From Acidobacteriota bacterium (GTDB lineage Bacteria > Acidobacteriota > Thermoanaerobaculia > UBA2201): a DNA stretch of 55,308 nt. The stretch is taken from positions 1-55,308 of the forward strand of contig JBBISU010000019.1 of assembly GCA_037441225.1 (NCBI GenBank). The letters are read 5' to 3'. Below, one piece after another: positions 48,525-55,308 of this stretch (within the stretch, counting starts at the first letter, position 1; every line of letters starts with the position of its first letter). The notes beneath the pieces are model-generated. The model was not told the DNA's origin, searched no databases, and saw only the letters and a list, made by a program, of their open reading frames with translations. The position numbers were made by a program, and so were the translations under genes.

Positions 48525-50138
48525 TTAAAAGGGCTTTTTATGGCCTAAACTGTTAAAAGTTGGAAAGACTAACCTTGAAGCATATTTTTTTGTAAAATAA
48601 ATTTTAACATTAGCAACTTCTTTTTTTGTTTCCTTATGAATTTCTTCCCCACTTTGTGGATTTATTTCAAACCTTGGATAATTTGAACCACTTAAAATTG
48701 CACCAATTTTATGGCTTTCTTTGAAATAATAAAAAGTATTTCCTATATTAACTTTTATTTTATAAACTTTTCCTTCTTCTAAAAGTTTTTCTTCCTCAAA
48801 ATTTTCTTTAAACCTTGCTCTTTGACATCCATCAGATATTAAAATCCATCTTCCATCGGGATAAATATCAACTAATCTTATACAAAGGTCTAAATCCTTT
48901 TTGTCAGAAGAGAAAAAAATTTCTGCATAAACATTTCCTAAAATTTTTAATGGTTCTTCAAGGATGTTTGTTTGAAAATAAATTATATCGTCTCTATTTA
49001 AAATTTCTCTTTGATCAAAGGGACCATTTTTTAAAAATAAATTTGCACCTCCAATTGTAGGAGAAGGATTCTCTGGATCAAACCTAACTTCTAAGAAATT
49101 TTCATCCTCTGGCTTCTCTTTTGTTAAGCTTTTTTCTTTTGAAAGATAAAACCTTTTTAAAGGATAATTTATTTGATTATACTCTTTTAAATTAAACCAT
49201 ATATTGTAATCATTTGATGAGACATTGACATCCCCCATTATGTAACCAAAGAAACTTTTATCTTTAAAAGGTTTTTCACCTTTTCCTTTCAAGTAATAGT
49301 CAAACCAATTTTCAATTATATTATCTAAATTTAGAATTGAATTTGAAGGATAATTTAATTCCCCTTGTTTTGTAGTAAGGTAACCGCTGTGTGTCCAGGG
49401 ACCAATTATTAAAACTTGATCATCTTTGTCTTTTGAAACTTTTTTAAAACCTTTATATGCTTCAATTGTTCCATCCTTAAACAAGTCATACCATCCACCA
49501 ATATTTAAAGTTGAAATATTTAAATTATCGTACTTTCCATCAAGAGACAAAGAATCCCACAAATAATTTTTTTTTGGATTTTCCAATAAAAGGGGAATAT
49601 TTTTTTCTTCATCGTTTTCTCTCATCCACTTTAAAATATCATATTCTCTAAAAACTCCCCCAGGATATACAGCATATTCATAAAGATCTGGCGTTGCAAC
49701 TAAAGATACTATTGTTTTTAAAGAAGAAGGATTTGTAGAAGCCATTAGATAATTGTTAATTCCTAAGGCAGAAGCACCAAAGGCACCAATATTTTTATTG
49801 CACCAGCTTTGTTCTTCAAGAAACTTTATAGTATCAAAGCCATCTTCTGCTTCCTTTAAAAAAGCAGAAGGGTCTCCCCCTGATTTATTATGTCCCCTTG
49901 TATCTTGAATTGCCACTATGTATTTCTTAGAAGAAAAATAAAAACCAACTGAACGCAAATTTTCTTTTCCATAAGGAGTCCTGATCAATACCACAGGCAA
50001 AGGGTCATCAAAAGAATAAGGGAAATAAATATCAGTTGAAAGAGGTACCCCATCCCTTGTAATTATATTATATGTTTCATAATATTGGGATAAAGATATA
50101 TTTGCTATAAAAAGAACTATTAAAAATTTAAATTTCAT
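48525..50138 (-). CDS. CocE/NonD-family (peptidase S15-like) alpha/beta hydrolase, secreted
   Basis: Signal peptide, VVLIRTPYGKE..AIQDTRGHNKSGGD, nucleophile elbow GASALG, and the C-terminal non-catalytic domain string SHKIGAILSGSNYPRFEINPQSG. Confidence 0.85.
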   Translation of the reverse strand: MKFKFLIVLFIANISLSQYYETYNIITRDGVPLSTDIYFPYSFDDPLPVVLIRTPYGKENLRSVGFYFSSKKYIVAIQDTRGHNKSGGDPSAFLKEAEDGFDTIKFLEEQSWCNKNIGAFGASALGINNYLMASTNPSSLKTIVSLVATPDLYEYAVYPGGVFREYDILKWMRENDEEKNIPLLLENPKKNYLWDSLSLDGKYDNLNISTLNIGGWYDLFKDGTIEAYKGFKKVSKDKDDQVLIIGPWTHSGYLTTKQGELNYPSNSILNLDNIIENWFDYYLKGKGEKPFKDKSFFGYIMGDVNVSSNDYNIWFNLKEYNQINYPLKRFYLSKEKSLTKEKPEDENFLEVRFDPENPSPTIGGANLFLKNGPFDQREILNRDDIIYFQTNILEEPLKILGNVYAEIFFSSDKKDLDLCIRLVDIYPDGRWILISDGCQRARFKENFEEEKLLEEGKVYKIKVNIGNTFYYFKESHKIGAILSGSNYPRFEINPQSGEEIHKETKKEVANVKIYFTKKYASRLVFPTFNSLGHKKPF

Positions 50139-50997
50139 AAATACCTTTTAAAAGCTTAATCTCCCTGTTATGAAGTTTAAAAATCTTTTGGAAAAAACCA
50201 CTTTCCGATGCCTCAATAAATTTTAATTTTTCTTTTTCCAAATATTTACAAATTGAATTAAAGAGCATTGGACTGCTTATAATTGAAGAAAGCAATGATT
50301 TTCCTTTTTCTTTATCTTCAATTAAAGAAATATCAATTGGGCTTAAAATTGGAATTTCTGGATTTTTCAAATTTTTCCATAAATCTTCATTCTTTTCTAA
50401 TTCTTTTGAAACTTCTCTTAAAATTGGTGTATGGATAGGCCAGGGAGAAGGTAACATTTTTAAAGAAAAAGCTTTATCTTTTAAAAAATTGTAAACTTCT
50501 TCAATATCTTCTTCTTTCCCTCCTATTGTATAAGACATTGGATGGTTTATAGAAGAAAAATAAATGTTTTTTAAATTTATTTTTGCTTCTTCTAAGGGAT
50601 AACCAGAGACATAAAGCAGTTTACCTTTTAAGTTTAATTTATTTGCTATATCATAATTAAATTTTAATATTTTTATTACATCTTCAAAAGGAAGGATTTC
50701 TGCCAAAGCAATTGAAGGGAAAACACCTAAACTGTAAGGAACTAAAATTTTTATCTTATATTTTTCTTTTAATGCAAGGCCTAAAGAATAAGCATACCAG
50801 CAAATTATTGGCTGGGAGTATTTGATATCATAAATTTCTTCAGAACTATTTATAATTATTTCTTTTAGATCAAACCCCCAGATTTTTTCAGTAATATTTA
50901 AGATTTCAAGAGAAAAGGGCAATTTATTAAGGAGTACTTTTCCAAACCCAATCTCTTCTGCCCCCTGCCCTGGAAGAAAAAATATTATTTCTTGCAC
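50128..50997 (-). CDS. Divergent FabD-like acyltransferase (malonyl-CoA:ACP transacylase fold)
   Basis: FFLPGQGAE (compare FPGQGSQ), YSQPII (compare QTQPAL), VPYSLGV in place of GHSLGE, and WPIHTPIL in place of VPSHCALM. Confidence 0.65.
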   Translation of the reverse strand: MQEIIFFLPGQGAEEIGFGKVLLNKLPFSLEILNITEKIWGFDLKEIIINSSEEIYDIKYSQPIICWYAYSLGLALKEKYKIKILVPYSLGVFPSIALAEILPFEDVIKILKFNYDIANKLNLKGKLLYVSGYPLEEAKINLKNIYFSSINHPMSYTIGGKEEDIEEVYNFLKDKAFSLKMLPSPWPIHTPILREVSKELEKNEDLWKNLKNPEIPILSPIDISLIEDKEKGKSLLSSIISSPMLFNSICKYLEKEKLKFIEASESGFFQKIFKLHNREIKLLKGIYEI

Positions 50998-51179
50998 TTT
51001 ATAAAAAATTCTATAGATCTATTATATGTTCTTTCATCCTTTGGTGAAAAAAAACAGCCAGGGATTTCTCCATTTCTTCTATGATAAAGGACACATTCAC
51101 AACACAAACCCTTCCTTGGACAGGGCTCATAAGTACAAGTGCAAATTTTTAAGTTTTTTTCTTTATTGCATTCTGCCAT
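50985..51179 (-). CDS. Small cysteine-rich cytoplasmic protein (DUF6485-like, from memory)
   Basis: 64 aa with 8 Cys: CNKEKNLKICTCTYEPCPRKGLCCECVLYHRRNGEIPGCFF. Overlaps both flanking genes (17 nt and 13 nt). Confidence 0.6.
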   Translation of the reverse strand: MAECNKEKNLKICTCTYEPCPRKGLCCECVLYHRRNGEIPGCFFSPKDERTYNRSIEFFIKCKK

Positions 51180-53127
51180 AAAGCTCCTCCAGATTTATTT
51201 TTTCTCCTCTTTCAATTTTATCTATTTTTTCCTTTATTTTATTACATATATTACTTTTTTGACAAAAATTATATGCTCTATATAAATAAATTAAACTTTC
51301 ATCTTTTTTCCCTTCTAATATATATAAAATAAGACCCAAATTGTAATTTGCTTCTGTGTTATTTGGATAAACTTTAAGAACTTGCTTATAATAATTTGCT
51401 GCTACCTTTAAATTTTCTTTTTTTATTGAAACCCTTCCAAGTGATAAAAGGAATTCAGGGTTTATTGGATCCATCTTGTAGCATTTATGATAAAGAAAAA
51501 AACTTTCATCATACTTTTTTTCTTCTTCTCTTATTTTTGCCACTTCAAAAAATAAAAAGGGATCCTCTATTTGGTTTTCTTCTGCTCTTTTTTGTAAATT
51601 TATAATTTCCTCTTTTTTTCCTTTTTTAGAATAAATTTTTGAAAGTTCCCCATATGCTTCCCTTAACCTTGGATTTTTTTCAATACAAAATTTTAATATT
51701 TCTTCTGCTTCATTAAATAAATTATTTGCAATCAATGCTTGTGCATATCTTAATTTTGTTACAACATCACTGGATCGCAAATAATAAAGCTTCTTAAAGG
51801 TTTCAAGCCCTTTCTTATTTTCACCAATTGACAAATACAATTTACCTAAGGCAGATAAAACTTCTCCATGCTGAGGAAACTCTTTTAAAATAGAATTTAA
51901 AATTTCAACTGCTTTTTTGTAATCTTTAAATTCAAGTTCCTCATAAGCTTCTTTTAATTTTTTTTCTGCTAAAACACCTTTTTCAGGGTCTTTTAAATTT
52001 TCTCCTTTTTTTGGCATCAAATAACCAAGGGATTTCAAAATTTTTTCACTTTCTTTTGGGAACTCATCCAAATTATCAGGGAAAACCTTTTCTTTTAAAA
52101 CTTTTAACATCTCTTTTACCTTATCTCTCTTTTCCTTAGATACATCTTTTTCTTCTTTTGGATCTTTTTTCAAATCAAAGAGTTTAAAATTTTTATCTCC
52201 ATATAAAATTAGTTTATAATCTTTAAAAATCACTGCCTTTGCATCTTGAAAACCAAAGACCTCTCTCCCATAAATTGAAGAAGAAATTACTGGTTTTTCT
52301 TCCAATTTGCTTAAAATTTCTTTTAAACTTCTTTCTTCAAAAAAATAACTATAAATTATTTTATAAATCTCTTCAAAAGAAATCCTTTTTGAAAATTTTG
52401 CCTTTTTTATTTCAGGATTTATTAAAAGGCAAGGGACTTTTATTGCCCCTTCATACAAAAGAACACCATGTTCTAATTCACCATGCTCACCTAACAATTC
52501 CCCATGGTCACCTATTATCAAAGTTATTGTATTTTCTGGCAAAGTTTTAAATAATTCACTAACACAAAAATCAGTGTAAGCAATTTCTCCATCATAAGGA
52601 TTTTCAAAATTTTTCCTGAAATTTTCGGGGGGTATATAAGGGCTATGGGGATCAAAAAAATGGATCCACAAAAAAAATGGTTCTTTCAATTCCTTATTTT
52701 TTTCTTTAAATAAATTTAATGTATCTTCACATCTCCTTTCATTATTCATATTATCTTCATAAAAATCAAAACCAGATGATATCCCAAAGACCCTATCCAA
52801 AATTGAAGAAGAAACAAAACCATAAGTATTATAATTTTTTTCCTTAAATATTAATGGAAGATAATTTTTATTTGCTTTAAAAAACTGACCATTTAAAAAT
52901 ATTTTATGTTGAAAGGGCTCAACACCAGTAAAAAGTGAAATATGTGCAGGGAGTGTTAATGGAACAGGTGAATAAACATTTTCAAAAACAATTCCTTCCT
53001 TTGAAATTTCCATCAAATTTGGCGTTGTCTTTAAATCTTGGTTTGTCAAAGTTGTATGGTCTGCTCTTGTTGTGTCAAGGGTAAGGATTAATAAATTTTT
53101 TATTGAAAATATTAAAAAGAAAAGAAT
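51163..53127 (-). CDS. Sulfatase-like alkaline-phosphatase-superfamily enzyme fused to C-terminal TPR repeats (paralog 2); probable non-canonical ATT start
   Basis: SPVPLTLPAHISLFTG, GDHGELLGEH and C-terminal TPRs. The track start (TTG 53049) cuts off the conserved in-frame NLLILTLDTTRADH metal site. The frame is open to 53142 and has no ATG/GTG/TTG there, but AGGAG (53135..53139) lies 7 nt before ATT 53127. Confidence 0.7.
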   Translation of the reverse strand: MLFFLIFSIKNLLILTLDTTRADHTTLTNQDLKTTPNLMEISKEGIVFENVYSPVPLTLPAHISLFTGVEPFQHKIFLNGQFFKANKNYLPLIFKEKNYNTYGFVSSSILDRVFGISSGFDFYEDNMNNERRCEDTLNLFKEKNKELKEPFFLWIHFFDPHSPYIPPENFRKNFENPYDGEIAYTDFCVSELFKTLPENTITLIIGDHGELLGEHGELEHGVLLYEGAIKVPCLLINPEIKKAKFSKRISFEEIYKIIYSYFFEERSLKEILSKLEEKPVISSSIYGREVFGFQDAKAVIFKDYKLILYGDKNFKLFDLKKDPKEEKDVSKEKRDKVKEMLKVLKEKVFPDNLDEFPKESEKILKSLGYLMPKKGENLKDPEKGVLAEKKLKEAYEELEFKDYKKAVEILNSILKEFPQHGEVLSALGKLYLSIGENKKGLETFKKLYYLRSSDVVTKLRYAQALIANNLFNEAEEILKFCIEKNPRLREAYGELSKIYSKKGKKEEIINLQKRAEENQIEDPFLFFEVAKIREEEKKYDESFFLYHKCYKMDPINPEFLLSLGRVSIKKENLKVAANYYKQVLKVYPNNTEANYNLGLILYILEGKKDESLIYLYRAYNFCQKSNICNKIKEKIDKIERGEKINLEELYGRMQ

Positions 53128-54299
53128 AATCCCACTCCTAAGTTATTCTTTTTATAATCAAAATCATCATTTTTTTCATAAATTGAAAAGGTGTAATAAC
53201 CCAAGAGATTTCCATCAAACTGCTTAAAATTTAAAGGGTAAGTGGCTCCCAATGTAAATTCAGCGCCATTCCCCATTTCAAAACCAACAAAAGAAGGATT
53301 TTTTACAATTTTTTCTTTTAAAAGGATTTCAAAATAACCTTTCAGTTTATTTGGAAATTCATAAGAAAGAAGTGCTTTTAATTTAAAAGAATCTTTAAAA
53401 TTTGCATCAATTTCTTGATCTTTTAAAACATCTTCGCCAGTTGAAGGGTCAACTGTTTCATTTTCATAATTAAAGCTTATTTTATTCCAGGAAGAGTATT
53501 TTGTATAAATCAAGGAAGCTGAAAGCTCAAAATCTTTTATTGGTTTTGTGCCTGAAATTATTATCTCTTGAGGTATGTAACTTTCAGTTTTCACTCCTCC
53601 TGATGGATAAAAGGTTTTCAATGTTTTATATACTTCTTCTGAAGTATCTTCTTCTGGTTCAAAATTTACTTCAAAATCATTAAACCCATAAGAAATTTTC
53701 AAATCAGGCCTGAAAATAAAAGCAAATTTGTAATCTTTAAATTTATATAAACTTGAAAGCTCAAAAGTTATTCCTTTTTTTGAACCCTTATAAGAGCCAT
53801 AAACTTCATAATTTCTTCCATCAATTTCAGGTGAAATTTCACTTTTGGAAAAAGCCAAATCCAAATCAATTTGTCTTAAAGAAAAGCCAACATTTAAATT
53901 ATTTAAAGTCCTTATCCCAAGGGATGCTCTAATCTCTTTTGCATTGTATTCAAACTTTCTTAAATTAAACCTAAAAGGGACATCTCCTTTAAAATTGCTA
54001 TTTTGAAAAAGGAAGGGAAAAATACCTGCTCCAATTGCTATATCTTCTGTAATATTATAAGAACCAGAAATTATTCCTTTAAAACCCTTTTCTTCCTTTG
54101 AGTTGAAATTTCTATAACTTGATTTTTCGTAAGAAAAATTTAAGCTTGAAAAAAATTGAAAGCCCTCAAATTCAACCATTGAAGAAGGGTTTAAAATAGC
54201 ACTTTCCCCTCCTCTTGTATTTGAAGGATAACTCCCAAAAAATCCTTCTTGTGAAAACAAATTAAAGGCAAAGAAAACTATTAAAAATATCCTTTTCAT
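53112..54299 (-). CDS. Outer-membrane beta-barrel protein, FadL/OmpP1-like (tentative)
   Basis: Signal peptide MKRIFLIVFFAFNLFSQ (start placed at the internal Met), N-terminal GGESAILNPSSMVEFEG resembling the FadL hatch region, alternating beta-strand pattern, and a terminal aromatic ..GVGLFFSF. Confidence 0.55.
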   Translation of the reverse strand: MKRIFLIVFFAFNLFSQEGFFGSYPSNTRGGESAILNPSSMVEFEGFQFFSSLNFSYEKSSYRNFNSKEEKGFKGIISGSYNITEDIAIGAGIFPFLFQNSNFKGDVPFRFNLRKFEYNAKEIRASLGIRTLNNLNVGFSLRQIDLDLAFSKSEISPEIDGRNYEVYGSYKGSKKGITFELSSLYKFKDYKFAFIFRPDLKISYGFNDFEVNFEPEEDTSEEVYKTLKTFYPSGGVKTESYIPQEIIISGTKPIKDFELSASLIYTKYSSWNKISFNYENETVDPSTGEDVLKDQEIDANFKDSFKLKALLSYEFPNKLKGYFEILLKEKIVKNPSFVGFEMGNGAEFTLGATYPLNFKQFDGNLLGYYTFSIYEKNDDFDYKKNNLGVGLFFSF

Positions 54300-54693
54300 A
54301 AGAAATATTTTAACATAAAACTTCAATAATTTATAAAGTTTGATCCCTTCTTTCTTTCTTTAACTTTTAAAAGTTGTGATTTTGAATTTTTTTTTAAATC
54401 CCATTGTTATTTTTTAAAAAATCTTTGTTCTTAAATTTTTTCTTAAACCAAAAATGTCATTAAAATTTAATTATTAATAGAACCCTCCTTTTTTTCTTAT
54501 AATAAAAAACACCAAAGATTCAGAAATAAAAGAAAAAAGAAGCCAAACCTTGTGGTAAATTACAACATGCTGGAAATACAATAAAAATTTTTTTCTGCAG
54601 GGGTTGAGATTGCTTAAGCCCGGTATTTTTCAAGTCGTGCAAGGTTTCCAATAATTATATTACAAATCCTGCTCTCATTAATCCCTTTTCCCT

Positions 54694-54951
54694 TCATTTC
54701 TTTATAATTATTGGAGAAATAACTATAAATATCAAAACTATTAAAAATAATATCAAATATGTTTTCCTAACTTTCAATAAAAAATCTGCTTTTATGATTT
54801 TTTTCCATCTCAAAAAATAAAGAAAAATAATCACAAAAAATATTGAAATCAAAATATAAATTGGCAATATATAATTCATACTAATTTTCAATAATAAAAA
54901 TAGAAAGATAAATAATAAAATAACTGTGATATTTGATGACAAATTCTTCAT
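54694..54951 (-). CDS. Small three-TM membrane protein; candidate immunity protein for the upstream Rhs tip
   Basis: 85 aa with three hydrophobic segments. SD aggagg lies 6 nt before the ATG, and the gene starts 21 nt after the Rhs stop codon. Confidence 0.5.
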   Translation of the reverse strand: MKNLSSNITVILLFIFLFLLLKISMNYILPIYILISIFFVIIFLYFLRWKKIIKADFLLKVRKTYLILFLIVLIFIVISPIIIKK

Positions 54952-54972
54952 AATATGCCTCCTTTCATTTTA

Positions 54973-55308
54973 TTAAAAAGGTCCAGATGGTATGCATAAC
55001 CATGCTAAACCTTCATAACATGCCTGAACAGCTAAACATTCCAGCCAATCCTGTCCTGAACAACAATCACAAGGAAATCCTGTGCCATCCCAACAACCTC
55101 CACAATCATCGCATAAACCTTCAAGACATTCATTAATATCATTTAAAGGCCCTCCATTAGATAACATCATTCCAATAATTGGCTTGCCATAAAGACCTAT
55201 TGGATCTGAATAAGTTAAAGGTAGATTATATGAATAAATATAAAAATTTTGCCAAAGAGAATAAAATAAAATATCTTTATTTATAAACCTTCCTAAGTGT
55301 GAATTATA
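54973..55308 (-). CDS. 3' end of an Rhs/YD-repeat polymorphic toxin gene (partial; continues beyond the window) with a cysteine-rich C-terminal tip
   Basis: The minus-strand frame is open from the window edge: YNSHLGRFINKDILFYSLWQNFYIYSYNLPLTYSDPIGL (the GRF..D...N.Y.Y..N.P....DP.GL end of the Rhs-associated core; DPIGL = 55192..55206). A 72-aa tip follows. The track's 65-aa ORF is only its tail. Confidence 0.75.
   Translation of the reverse strand, partial: YNSHLGRFINKDILFYSLWQNFYIYSYNLPLTYSDPIGLYGKPIIGMMLSNGGPLNDINECLEGLCDDCGGCWDGTGFPCDCCSGQDWLECLAVQACYEGLAWLCIPSGPF

Noticed and set aside
54596-54655. GC-richer patch (ctgcaggggttgagattgcttaagcccgg...gtcgtgcaagg) between the candidate immunity gene and the barrel gene; considered as terminator, sigma-54 promoter or ncRNA
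   Set aside because: There is no stable stem followed by a T-run. The TGGAAA..TTGCA string has the wrong spacing for sigma-54. The shared gagattgc word with the 5' repeat island is only 8 nt and could be chance.

Overview
AT-rich chromosomal segment from a diderm bacterium, shown by a TonB-dependent receptor, a TonB C-terminal domain, an OmpA-like protein and a FadL-like barrel. The lineage is probably uncultured. I recognise about 40 intact genes, plus several decayed genes and one partial gene. Layout: (1) 1-1049 is non-coding and holds a visibly GC-rich mosaic of short repeats and hairpins at the contig edge. (2) A ClC channel gene. (3) 2.4-7.3 kb is a run of decayed genes: a CMD/AhpD-like stub, a frameshifted OmpA-like gene, a Ser/Thr-kinase+TPR remnant, a cysteine-synthase pseudogene and a shattered PIG-V-like mannosyltransferase. 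(4) S41 and M23 envelope peptidases, an intact cysteine synthase, and a GT2/GT4/priming sugar-transferase cluster. (5) ComF, a PDZ-containing histidine kinase with a sigma-54 (NtrC-type) response regulator, a ferritin-like protein, metG, an M48 peptidase and an alkaline-phosphatase-superfamily+TPR protein. (6) A TonB-dependent receptor preceded by a textbook sigma-54 promoter, downstream of a pseudokinase-TonB fusion. (7) A polytopic-membrane (YfhO-like / putative GT-C) and GT2 glycosylation cluster with an embedded MglA-like GTPase that carries a long acidic tail, an insertion-bearing KAS III and a uridine kinase. (8) A 1941-aa modular surface protein with its own consensus promoter. (9) A five-gene operon with overlapping boundaries: FadL-like barrel, AP-superfamily+TPR, small Cys-rich protein, divergent FabD-like acyltransferase and CocE/NonD hydrolase. 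(10) At the right edge, the 3' end of an Rhs/YD polymorphic-toxin gene that runs off the window. It carries a 72-aa tip with 10 cysteines and is followed by a small membrane-protein gene, a candidate immunity gene. I recognised no rRNA, tRNA, CRISPR array, transposase or integrase. All family assignments come from motif recognition by eye; no database search was possible.
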